Source: Candidatus Bathyarchaeota archaeon
Lineage (GTDB): Archaea; Thermoproteota; Bathyarchaeia; Bathyarchaeales; Bathycorpusculaceae
Direction of reading: 5' to 3'
NCBI GenBank assembly: GCA_963715865.1
Contig: OY970280.1
Coordinates: 1,600,001 to 1,664,000, forward strand
DNA length: 64,000 nucleotides
Shown: positions 19,752 to 29,493 of the stretch, one piece after another
Layout: every line of letters starts with the position of its first letter
Numbering within the stretch: the first letter of the stretch is position 1
Program-made: the position numbers and the translations under genes
Notes under the pieces: model-generated
What the model saw: the letters and a program-made list of their open reading frames with translations, nothing else
Told to the model about the DNA's origin: nothing
Database searches by the model: none

Positions 19752-22226
19752 TTATGGCCGCTTCTTGAGCCATCAACATTAGCACGACAGCAATAGACTA
19801 TGATGATTATAGCGACTAGTGCCGGCGACGCAGGAACAAAGTACAGTTGGCGACAGAAGTACGGTGTAGATATGGTGATGCTGTTGGCGCTGGAGAACTG
19901 GCATAGAAATGTGTTTCGGCATTAGATCCATAGTATGACTGTGAACCTGCAAAGGTAGCGATGACAGTGTAATTGCCTGGAATGTCAGGCGTCCAAGTGG
20001 AAGCGAACGTTCCGCTGGAATCAGTTGTAGTAGTGCCGATTTGTCTGTTGTTGCCGTTAGAGTCGATAACGCTGAGTGTAACTGGAACACCAGTCACGTT
20101 TGTTGGCATTGGCTTCTGCATGTAAACGTACTCCATCCACTGACTCATGCTTGCATCAGATACGCTGGTAGACCGTTGGGAAATTCCGCTGATAGTTGTT
20201 GTTGATTGCCAGGAGATTTATCCAATACTGTGCCCGTTATAGTCACAGGTGTGGAAGTTGTCACGCCAAGGTTGGGTGCGGTAACAGTGGTAGCGCTTGG
20301 TCCCATGCCAAAGCAGTACTGGCGACCGTCATAATAGTTGGTGGCTATGAGGAGGCCGTCCGCTATAATTGGTTGCATATCATAGTTAGGTGACCAAAAC
20401 GCTATATTCCATATGGTCGCTCCTGTTGTTGCGTTGAGGCACCAGAGCTGGTCCCCCTGATAATAAGGAGGAGCCTCACTGTGCTCATTGTTGGAAGCGT
20501 AGACTTTGCCGTTGGCAACCATGATTTGCGAGAAGAAAGTTTCCCAACCGTATGGAGTCTCATAGCCGACGGGATTGTAGCCTCCCTTCCATTCTATTGC
20601 CCCTGTCGTAGCGTTAATTGCCCAGACGTATCCGGTGTAGGTCGGGTAGTAGACCATGCCGTAAGCTGCAGCTTTGGAGTAACTCCAGAAACTTCCCCAA
20701 GGATATGTGGTGACAGTGTCATTGAACAGAACAGCTCCGGTTAACAAATCTATCCCCGCTAATGGCCTCAATCCGTTGTTATTAGGATCCCCATTAAGCA
20801 GAGCATAGACGTACGTTCCTTCTTGTGTAATAACACCGCTGAGTGAGCTAAATGATCTTTCCGCAATGGTAAAATTATTGGTCCACAGTATTTGCCCTGT
20901 ATCAGTGTCAAAAGATCCAGAGGGAACAATGGGGGTTTCTAATATCGTCGTAGCTGCCCCGACGCCGAAATAAAACCCTACATTATTCCATATCCCAGTG
21001 ATGCCATTGAGCGGATAGGTTACGTTGTATACAATCCTGCTTGTGAAGTTGGCGCTGATACCGGATGCGTTCCATTTGATCAAATAATTCTGAGCAGTAG
21101 CACCACTTCCTATCGTCTGCACGCTGTAGACGTAGGGGGCAACGAAGGTACCCGACATGCCAGGCACATCGCAAATCAAAGTTCCCGTGTATGCACTCCA
21201 CTTTTGGAGCCTCGAGCCAATATTCATCAAATACGCATTGTAGGAATCGGTTGGGGAGCCAAAGCCAATTGTAACGTACTCTTCAGATGTAGCGACGGAC
21301 AAAGTAATGTTTTGATTAACCCATAGTTGTTGTCCAGTACGTAAGTCTATGCAATGGACCCCGTCAGGTGCACTGTAATAACCTAATCCGGCAATGGCGA
21401 TGGTTATAGTGTAGATAACGCTCGTGTACTGGTATCCTAGGACAAGTACTCCACCCTGGTAAGTAGCATCGCTCACGGGAACGCCACTGTATATACTGTC
21501 GTTATATGCCCCTCCGACCATGCCGCCTAAGCCCGATGTCCTCGCCCATAGTATGTGGGCAGAGTTTGGCGCTTGACCATATGGCTGATAGAAATCCCCG
21601 GTGCTATCGTAACCGACCTGACACCAGTCTCCCAAAAGCTGGCTCCATTCTCTGTTCTCGACTGAGATTGGGGTCTGCCAGTAAGCGGTTGGAAGTGGAG
21701 TTGGCTGGTAACCAGGAACCTGCGCCTCTGTTACGTTAAGATGCGTTATTGGGCTTTCGGAGCCCGTATAGTTAACTGCGTATGTTGTTTGAAATGCATA
21801 TGGATAGGGTGGTTTGGGTGATTTGTATGGGGTTCCTACCGGAAAGTAGTCTCCAGCGTAAAAGAACTGCAATGTCCAATTGCCAACAGCATCGGGCACG
21901 AAATTAAACCATGCCGAGCCATCTGCCTGTACCGTTGTCAACGGCCCAATTGTTTGAACGGTTCCGTCGGGATGTGTGATTTTAACAGTATAGCCAGTCC
22001 GAGGAACACCTGCCCAGTCCACAGGGGGTGTCACCCAAATGTTAACCAAGAGGCTCTGATTGACCCCTATAGGGTTAGGACTACAAGCAAGGTAGGCAAT
22101 GGTTGGTACGGTTTCGGCATGACCTTGCGCGTTAGCACTTGGTATTAGCATCGTTGAAGCTGTCATTGAAAGCATCAAGAATATTGCAATCGAAATAGCC
22201 ATAGTTTTACTTTTTAGTTTTTGCAT
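19752..22226 (-). CDS. Secreted 'PQQ-like' beta-propeller surface protein 1 with C-terminal TM anchor and KKRP tail; 1-bp deletion at ~20163 and several indels at 19770-19870
   Basis: Signal peptide; repeated D..TG..LW blade ends; conserved GVPVTLSVIDSNGN/WTPDIPG module; paralog 2 has GATACTGCTGG where this copy has GATACGCTGG. Confidence 0.85.
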
Positions 22227-22289
22227 TTTTTTTTCTTTTCCTATAATTTTATGCAACAGATGTCGTTCAAAACTACTTATAAAGGGTCC

Positions 22290-22505
22290 CAGTAAGTCAA
22301 CCGACTACCAACTAACCGACAAAAAACAGAAAATTTTAAGAAAGCCAGCTGTGGAAGGCAAATATTTCCTAACCATCAAAATGTTGAAATGTACTGACGA
22401 AGACCAGGCCAAGCGGAATAAACTGGTCCCATAACGGCTTCCATTCTTTTAATATAGGGTATTTTTACGATTTCCTCATTAATTGCAATAACATCCTTAC
22501 AATCT
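22290..22505. repeat. 216-bp direct repeat A: 3' remnant of the Lrp gene plus promoter region of beta-propeller gene 1
   Basis: 8 mismatches by hand alignment to 25429-25644; encodes DCKDVIAINEEIVKIPYIKRMEA...RQYISTF*. Confidence 0.95.
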
Positions 22506-22526
22506 AAAATTGACTGTGAAGAAAGA

Positions 22527-22636
22527 GGGTTTGCTGAGGCTCTGGAACATTTCTTTTCTTTAGGAGAAAAAGAAAAATGCATAGCTTGCTAAAGGCTATT
22601 GTTTCTTGTAAATTCTAACCAGAGCCTTCTCAGCCC
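22527..22636 (-). repeat. Bulged inverted-repeat element, copy 2
   Basis: Both arms identical to copy 1; interior also similar. Confidence 0.9.
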
Positions 22637-22709
22637 TTCTCTCTTCTCCATTGCTTTTTAAGACTAAAACTAAAAAAGGGGAAAGTGATGTTTATGTTTG
22701 TCAACATTT

Positions 22710-25355
22710 TTATGGTCGCTTCCTAAGCATCAGCATAATCAAAGCGCCGACTATGGCTATTGCAATTATTATGGCGACTGTTGAAATGGCAAAGTATGTC
22801 TCTGTAGGTGGCAAATTAACTACTGGATATGGAGATGCTGTTGGCGGTGCTGCGCTTGCATAGAATGATGTGTCAGCGTGCGATGGATAGTATGACTCTG
22901 AACCAGCGAAGTTAGCGATGACAGTGAAGTCACCCGGTATGTCAGGTGTCCAAGTATAAGAGAACATGCCGTCTGCGTTACTTGTAGTGTTTCCGATTTG
23001 CCTATAGTTGCCGTTAGAGTCAAGAACACTAAGAGTAACAGGGACTCCGGTTGTGTTGGTTGGCATTGGCTGCTGCTCGTAAACTGCTTCCATGAATTGT
23101 GTTTGGCTTGCATCAGATACTGCTGGTAAACCGTTGGGGAAGTTTGCTGCAACTGCGTTTTGCTGTGAACCTGCAGAGATGTCGGTAACCGTTCCTTGAA
23201 TGACTATGGGTGATCCTACGGATGTAACAGGGTTAGGCGCTTCAACTGTTGTTTTGCTCGGTCCCATGCCGTAAGCGTATATCTGGTTGTCATAGGCATT
23301 GTCCCAAACCATAATGCCGTCAGCGACGGCGGGCCCATTGACTACGTTAAAGTTCAAAGTGCTCCAAATCAACTGTCCAGTGGTCGCGTTTAAGCAGTAT
23401 AGCTTGGCGCCTTTGTATACGGGCGCAGTGAAGTCGTGGCCTGACCGTATGTAAAGCTTTCCATCAGCAAGAATGTAACTCGTACCATAGGACCCCCCAA
23501 GGGGCTCCGTACCATAGGGAGTGTCGACCCCGCTGCTTCCAGCGTTCCAGCTCCAAATTAGAGCGCCTGTTTGGACATCATAGCAGTACACCTCTCCGCT
23601 GAAGCCCGGAAAGCTGTAAAAGTTGCCGTAGCCTATAACCCCCTTATAAGTAGCGCCAGCTTGGTCGCCATTGTAGTATCCCAAAGAACTGTTGCAGCCC
23701 TTAATTGGACCCCACAGCTTCTCTCCCGTCTTGAGGCTGTATCCACTCCAAGTCATCGACTGCTGTGCGTATTCAGTGTACACTCCTTCGCCCACAGGAC
23801 CCAGAACTACGTTGGTAAATGGTGTTAGCGTTCGGTTTACTGGACCCCACAGCAGATGCCCGTTAGTTTCGCTGTAACCTGCGTCAATTCGATAGCCCAC
23901 TTGAGATCCGCCTGGAGGCCCAACAGAAAATGCCCCTCCGCCTCCCATTGCAGCAGTAAGTATTACACCGTCGCTAATCCATAAAGTTGAAAGTATATCC
24001 TCTGATTGTATGGGTACGCCTGAAATGTTAGTGACTATGGGTACGCGCCATTCGTATCCACCGTTCCAGTCAATAGTACTTCCTTGAGGAGGCCGCCAAA
24101 TTTCCGCAGCAGAATAAACACTATACTTATTAATCGCCTGAGAGGCCACTGCGATACATTTGCTAGCGTTCCACAGACTCAACTGACCTCCGGATACCTT
24201 GTAGCTTAGCAGTTCACCGTTTGAACCCTCCACGAGCGTGCCCTCACTTACGTTGGCAATGTTCAGTATCCACTGTCCAGTCATAGCGTCATACATTGAC
24301 CACGTCGTAGGCGCTATGGGATTCGCTACCAATCCCTCTGACCCCCCCGTAAATAGGTACGAGTGGGCTCCGTACTGGTCTCCTGTTATGAAATTGTATA
24401 TCATACCGCATCTCAGCGTGGTATTAGCGTTCACAGTCCATAGCGTCTGTCCAGTCCGTAGATCTACAGCGGTCAGAGGTCCGAAGTTGTTTCCAGCCCC
24501 TGGGTATTCAGTGTAGTAAAGTATACCGCATATGATCACTGGATTCAATTGGGGTTGGTGCATCGTTCCCGATGCGAAGACGCTTGATGAATCGGAGCCG
24601 AATTCTCCTCCGATTTGGCCCCCGAAAGCTAGCGGCTTTGTCCACATGATGTGAGCGGTGGTTGGCGCGGTGGTGTACGGATCAAAGTTTCCAGTCTGAT
24701 CGTACACTCCAGAGGAGCCATGCGATGTTTTGGCAAGTCCGAGCCAGTTTCCGCCGATCGAATACCAATCTCTGTTCATTGAATTTATTGGGCGTGTCCA
24801 GTATCCCGTTGGAAGCGGAGACGGCGGGTAGGCGGTTGTTATCTGCGCCTGTTGCACGGTGAGTGTCACTAAGTTGCTGGTACTGGCTTCAAAAGTATCG
24901 TTAATATAGTTCAAACCAGAAGGACTAATTAAGGGATAGGGGTAGGGATTCTCGTTAGTTGGGGTTTGTTGAGGAAAGTGACCAACAAAAGTGTATTCGC
25001 CGACTTCTGTAGGCACGTATGTGCACCCTATCACTCCTCCTGTAGCGTCGGAACTGAACGGTCCTAAGGTTGTGGTTGTTCCGCCGGGCGTTGTGACTGC
25101 CACTGTCATATTATGCCATCTATAACCCCAATCGCTATACGCGCTTGGCGGAGCCTTATCAATCCAGAAGCTAACGTAGACGGATTGACTGACTCCTGCT
25201 GGGTTAGGTGCAAGTGTAATGAAAGCGTAGGTGGGAATAGTCCATGGAGGCGTATGCGCACTAGCAGTTGGTACTAGCATCATTGAAGCTGCCATTGAAA
25301 TTGTCATGAGTATAGCAATTGTAATAGCTGCAATTTTATTTTTGAGTTTTTTCAT
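22710..25355 (-). CDS. Secreted 'PQQ-like' beta-propeller surface protein 2 (881 aa) with C-terminal TM anchor and RKRP tail
   Basis: Signal peptide ending ASA; propeller blade motifs; PT-rich linker; hydrophobic helix then basic tail. Confidence 0.9.
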   Translation of the reverse strand: MKKLKNKIAAITIAILMTISMAASMMLVPTASAHTPPWTIPTYAFITLAPNPAGVSQSVYVSFWIDKAPPSAYSDWGYRWHNMTVAVTTPGGTTTTLGPFSSDATGGVIGCTYVPTEVGEYTFVGHFPQQTPTNENPYPYPLISPSGLNYINDTFEASTSNLVTLTVQQAQITTAYPPSPLPTGYWTRPINSMNRDWYSIGGNWLGLAKTSHGSSGVYDQTGNFDPYTTAPTTAHIMWTKPLAFGGQIGGEFGSDSSSVFASGTMHQPQLNPVIICGILYYTEYPGAGNNFGPLTAVDLRTGQTLWTVNANTTLRCGMIYNFITGDQYGAHSYLFTGGSEGLVANPIAPTTWSMYDAMTGQWILNIANVSEGTLVEGSNGELLSYKVSGGQLSLWNASKCIAVASQAINKYSVYSAAEIWRPPQGSTIDWNGGYEWRVPIVTNISGVPIQSEDILSTLWISDGVILTAAMGGGGAFSVGPPGGSQVGYRIDAGYSETNGHLLWGPVNRTLTPFTNVVLGPVGEGVYTEYAQQSMTWSGYSLKTGEKLWGPIKGCNSSLGYYNGDQAGATYKGVIGYGNFYSFPGFSGEVYCYDVQTGALIWSWNAGSSGVDTPYGTEPLGGSYGTSYILADGKLYIRSGHDFTAPVYKGAKLYCLNATTGQLIWSTLNFNVVNGPAVADGIMVWDNAYDNQIYAYGMGPSKTTVEAPNPVTSVGSPIVIQGTVTDISAGSQQNAVAANFPNGLPAVSDASQTQFMEAVYEQQPMPTNTTGVPVTLSVLDSNGNYRQIGNTTSNADGMFSYTWTPDIPGDFTVIANFAGSESYYPSHADTSFYASAAPPTASPYPVVNLPPTETYFAISTVAIIIAIAIVGALIMLMLRKRP

Positions 25356-25428
25356 GTATTTTTCTTTCCTTTAATTTTAGAGCGAAATCGCTCAAAGGTA
25401 CATTGCTCGAAATGCTTTTAAAATGTCA

Positions 25429-25644
25429 CAGTAAGTCATCCGACTACCAACTAACCGACAAGAAACAGAAAATTTTAGGAAAGTCAGCTGTGGAAGGCAA
25501 ATATTTCCTAACCATCAAAATGTTGAAATGTACTGACGAAGACCAGGCCAAGCGGAATAAACTTGTCTCATAGCTGCTTCCATTCTTTTAATATAGGGTA
25601 TTTTTACGATTTCCTCATTAATTGCAATAACATCCTTACAATCT
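25429..25644. repeat. 216-bp direct repeat B: Lrp 3' end plus promoter region of beta-propeller gene 2
   Basis: About 96% identical to 22290-22505; contains periodic CCGACTA-CCAACTA-ACCGACA upstream of the TATA-like element. Confidence 0.95.
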
Positions 25645-26492
25645 TTCACTAAAGCCGTAACTAACAGGTCGTAGTTTCCACTTATTTTGACAAGATAGGC
25701 TACGCCAGGGATTATGGATAACTTATCCGCTACTTCTTTTGTTTTGCTTTGGTTTGCGAGTGCGATGTTAAGGTCTAGAATAGCTTGATAGCCCAATTCT
25801 AAAGGGTTAATTTGAATTGAAACCTTGATGAAATTATTTTTCCTAAGATTTTCGTATCTCCTAGTTACAGTGTCAGTTGAGGCGCCTATTTCTTGAGCAA
25901 TTTTACTGAAAGATAAGCGACCGTTTTTGGTTAGTTTTTCAACTATTTGCATATCGATTTCATCAATCTTTACTGAACTTTTCTGAGCGTCTACACCTGC
26001 CTGAGAACGTTTTCCATCGGCTTTCTCAGTTTTGTTTTCGAATGTACCTACCAAAATGTTTTCAGGTATGTTTCTTACGTCTGTCCAAAGAAACGTTTTG
26101 ATTTCATCTATTATGCTTTGTTTGCTTATGAGTTCTTTGACGCGTTCTAAATCTCTTAGACTTTTTAGATTACAAATTGCTACAAGACTATGTGTTGAAT
26201 TATAATAGCGAAAGCTAGTGATATCAGGAATTTTCTTAAGGCGCTCAAAAACATCAGTAACGTATTGTGATTCTACGCTGAGCATTATCATTGCTACTCC
26301 ACTGTAGCCAAAGTTTGGATAATTAAATTGAATCGTGGCGCCAACTATTATGCCGGCCTTCGTCATATCTTTGTAATGTTTCCAGATGATGTCTTTTGAT
26401 GTATGGCATTCTTCAGCTATAGTGGTAAAGCTTTTCCGTCCATCTTTGAGAAGTTCTTTGAGAATCTTTACGTCTATGTCCTTAAGGTCTTT
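25515..26492 (-). CDS. Double-length Lrp/AsnC regulator (two HTH + RAM units)
   Basis: DIDVKILKELLKDGRKSF and IDEIDMQIVEKLTKNGRLSF HTH starts, each followed by a RAM-like domain with GNYDL-type motif. Confidence 0.88.
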   Translation of the reverse strand, partial: KDLKDIDVKILKELLKDGRKSFTTIAEECHTSKDIIWKHYKDMTKAGIIVGATIQFNYPNFGYSGVAMIMLSVESQYVTDVFERLKKIPDITSFRYYNSTHSLVAICNLKSLRDLERVKELISKQSIIDEIKTFLWTDVRNIPENILVGTFENKTEKADGKRSQAGVDAQKSSVKIDEIDMQIVEKLTKNGRLSFSKIAQEIGASTDTVTRRYENLRKNNFIKVSIQINPLELGYQAILDLNIALANQSKTKEVADKLSIIPGVAYLVKISGNYDLLVTALVKDCKDVIAINEEIVKIPYIKRMEAAMRQVYSAWPGLRQYISTF

Positions 26493-26741
26493 CATGGCTA
26501 CCAATTCTGGCTTTAGTAGTAAATAAAGTAAACTCATAGTTTCCTTTTTATTTTTATGTTTCGCATAAAACGTTGCTTTTTGGAAATTTGTCGGAGGAGC
26601 TTTGGCTCTCCACCCATGTTTTTCGTATGTTTTCGCCTAAAAATGTTTTATCTTACGAATATTTTTGATTATAGTCTGATTTTTGAAAAAAACTTAAAAG
26701 CAAGTAAAAAATTTGAGTATGCCTCATTAGAGGAGAGAAAC

Positions 26742-27555
26742 TTGCTGCTACAAGAGGAAGGAGTTCAAACGCTAGTTAATTTAGGACTTACAGTTTTGCA
26801 AGCAAAAGTCTACATAGCCCTCGCCAAATTAGGCACCTCAACAGGAAGAACAACGGCTAAAGAAGCAGAAGTAGCTTCACAAGATGTTTACCGCGTACTC
26901 TCCGAACTCCAAGAAAAAGGCCTTGTTGAAAAAATAATAAATAAACCAAACAAATACAGACCCATCCAAATAGAAGAAGGCTTAACAATTCTACTTCAGC
27001 GAAGAAACAAGCAAACCATAGAAATTAAAAACATGATGACAGAAATATGCAAGAACTTTTCAAGTACCGATAAAAGCGAAGACGATAATGAAAAATGCCA
27101 ATTCGTTTTGGTCACACAGAAAGAAACAATTGCAAACAAGCTTACAAAAGCAGTTGAGACGGCTCAAACAAGTATTGATTTGATGAATGACTCCCGAGAA
27201 GCAATGATAATGCATGAAAAAATTCATGAGTTAAAGGATAAAGCCCTTAAGAAAGGCGTAAAAATCAGGACTATACTAAACAACCCCCCGGGGGGGGGGG
27301 CAGACATCAAAGTCATTTTTGGCTTTTCTGGAGAGGAAGCCTGAATTCCAGGTAAGATATCTTCGTCATTTTCCTTCATCAGCAAAGTTATTCATAAAAG
27401 ACAACAAAGAAGTGTTTATTTCGACTTCGAGGAATGTAAGTATGTTAGCGCAGCCTTACCTGTGGTCAAACAATCCAATTCTAGTACAAGTAATTCAACA
27501 GTGGTACGATATTATGTGGGAAAAGAGCAGTAGAGAATACCAAAGGGTGCAGTAG
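26742..27555 (+). CDS. TrmB-family regulator frameshifted at a C6G11 tract (27284-27300)
   Basis: LGLTVLQAKVYIAL, VYRVLSELQEKGLV, PNKYRP; C-terminal IKDNKEVFI and WSNNPILVQVIQQWYDIMW in the next frame; G10 would fuse both parts. Confidence 0.85.
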
Positions 27556-27624
27556 AAATCTTCGAAAGTGGAGTTATAAGGCAATGTTTCTGGGCCAACA
27601 CCTACCGGGTTAGGGATATCACCA

Positions 27625-27801
27625 ATGAAGGCAGGTTGCATTCGTTCTCTGCGCGTTAGCATTTGGCAAAAACACAAGAGATGCACTCTAGACACCCTCA
27701 TCGCCACAGAATGGGACACCCTACGCGATTTGAAGAAGATGCTCAGCAACCTTGAGCTTTCAACAGGCGAGAAAAACCGCCTAGCCAACGCCTTGGTATA
27801 A
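27625..27801 (+). other. Possible 58-aa ORF or gene remnant (MKAGCIRSLRVSIWQKHKRCTLDTLIATEWDTLRDLKKML...)
   Basis: Hand-translated; coding-like composition; no family recognised. Confidence 0.25.
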
Positions 27802-27903
27802 ACACTTTAATTTTGCAGTTCAATGTTAAAAAATTTAGTCATGGATGAACTTGAAGAGGGTCTACTTTTAGCAATAGAAAAATCGATTCAAAAAGTGAAG
27901 GGG

Positions 27904-28770
27904 TTAGGCTGCTTTTGGCTTGGCTTTGTCTACAGCGCCGCTTAAGCTGGTCATTTCCATGTTCGCTTTTCGGATCAGGTCGCCGATTGTTTCTTTGGTG
28001 GGTATTGCAGCGCCGACAGCTAATGCAACCGCCTTTTGGTGTGCATTCTGCAATAGTGGCTTGATTGTTTCTTTGGTTGGGTAAGAGATGCCAAGTGCTA
28101 AGGCGAAAGCTTCTTGGTTGCTTTGCTCAACGCTTTTCCTTGTTGCTTCAATGTCAACTTTAAGCTGGGCGCCAACAATCATTAAGCCGTTGTCCAAAAC
28201 AGCCCGCATCGACAAGCCTAGTTCAACCGCTTTAATGCCCAGTTTTGAGAGGACACCGGCAAGGCGCTCGTTGATTTCTTCACCCTTACGAACCACCAGT
28301 GTGTCTTTGCTGACCCAAACGCTGCCAGACTCAATCCTTGTGGGCAAGCCAACAGCATTTAATTGGCTAATGATTGGACCTGGGGCTTGACCCGTGTTGC
28401 CTGCTGGAACAACCACGTCGATGGCGGCAATATCGCCTGACTTGGCGGTTGTTCTTACTTTGCCGCGTTCCAACAACAGCGCCAGTTTAAACGGGTTTAA
28501 ATCTGTAAACAAGTAAACGTTTGATCCGTCCAAGTATTCCTCAAGCTTCTTTAGGTCTTCCTGATTCATCTCTTCAATGGCTAGCTTCATGAGCGTGTTC
28601 TTTAAAACTCTAAAGTAAACTTTGCCAACCATACTCTTTTTTAGTTCCTGCAGTTGCGAAGCACGAACCTTCTTCAGGCTAGCGATACCGATAGATTTGT
28701 ATCCTTTTAGTATGTCTTTTATTGCTTCTACTTCGCTTGACTTTTCCTCTAATACTTGTTGGGATGGCAT
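27904..28770 (-). CDS. rpl10: 50S ribosomal protein uL10 (P0)
   Basis: RVLKNTL, AKSGDIA, GNTG..PGP, GLPTRIESGS. Confidence 0.95.
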   Translation of the reverse strand: MPSQQVLEEKSSEVEAIKDILKGYKSIGIASLKKVRASQLQELKKSMVGKVYFRVLKNTLMKLAIEEMNQEDLKKLEEYLDGSNVYLFTDLNPFKLALLLERGKVRTTAKSGDIAAIDVVVPAGNTGQAPGPIISQLNAVGLPTRIESGSVWVSKDTLVVRKGEEINERLAGVLSKLGIKAVELGLSMRAVLDNGLMIVGAQLKVDIEATRKSVEQSNQEAFALALGISYPTKETIKPLLQNAHQKAVALAVGAAIPTKETIGDLIRKANMEMTSLSGAVDKAKPKAA

Positions 28771-28784
28771 GATTTTTCTCTCTG

Positions 28785-29435
28785 TTAAGGTTTAATTTTT
28801 ACCGGCTCACCCATGGAAGTCTTGATGAAAGCGTACTTTACGTTTTTCAAGCCGCGCTTCAATTTTCCATCTAAAACACGAAGAACAGTCATAATATTAT
28901 CAACAAGTTCTTCATCCTTCATCTGTTGAGAGCCAACTGAAACTTGAATAATCGGTTGGTTACGCATTCTCACAACCACAGTCTTGCGGTGCTTATTTAT
29001 TAGGGCTGCAATGTCAGCGTTTGGCGGAACAGGAATAGGCATTTTTCCCCTTGGACCCAAAACTGGACCCAGAATTCTGCCTACAAGCGACATCAAGGGA
29101 GCTTCGGAAATGAAAATGTCATATTCGCTGGCAAGCTTGCGCAAATCCTTCTTTTTACCAGCTAACGCTTCCAAGTCAGCACGTTCAATAACGTAATCAG
29201 CTTGCGCGTTTCGTGCTTTAAACGCAAATTCTCCAGAAGCAATAACACAGATCTTGTTCGGTTTACCAGTTGCGTGAGGAAGCTCAACAACCTCTTGGAT
29301 TTTGCCTTCTGGCGCCTTCATATCGATCTCTGTAATATCCAAGATCAACTCTACTGTCTGGTTGAATTTTTTTTCGCCAGACTTCGCCTTTGCCTGTTTA
29401 ACTGCTTCTGATATTGTCTTGTTGTCTAGGGGCAT
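28785..29435 (-). CDS. rpl1: 50S ribosomal protein uL1
   Basis: KFNQTVEL, LGPRGKMP, KTSMG. Confidence 0.96.
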   Translation of the reverse strand: MPLDNKTISEAVKQAKAKSGEKKFNQTVELILDITEIDMKAPEGKIQEVVELPHATGKPNKICVIASGEFAFKARNAQADYVIERADLEALAGKKKDLRKLASEYDIFISEAPLMSLVGRILGPVLGPRGKMPIPVPPNADIAALINKHRKTVVVRMRNQPIIQVSVGSQQMKDEELVDNIMTVLRVLDGKLKRGLKNVKYAFIKTSMGEPVKIKP

Positions 29436-29493
29436 TTTTAAGCCTCGTGCCAATGAGGGATTGGAAACCCATTATAAAAATATTCGCTTATCA

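Noticed and set aside
22376-22582. 68-aa ORF as an independent gene
   Set aside because: It is the duplicated Lrp 3' fragment read in from the hairpin element, not a separate protein
19579-22636. Calling the repeated hairpins integron attC sites
   Set aside because: The arms lack terminal RYYYAAC/GTTRRRY boxes (the TAAC words lie inside the loop and are missing in copy 3), and no integron integrase is in the window; kept only as a functional analogy
19752-25355. Annotating the two large proteins as PQQ-dependent dehydrogenases
   Set aside because: Only generic propeller blade motifs are visible; I see no adjacent-Cys active-site motif of quinoprotein alcohol dehydrogenases, and the Ig-like/TM-anchored layout fits surface proteins better
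27495-27788. 97-aa minus-strand ORF overlapping the trmB 3' end
   Set aside because: No motifs, overlaps a real gene, atypical composition
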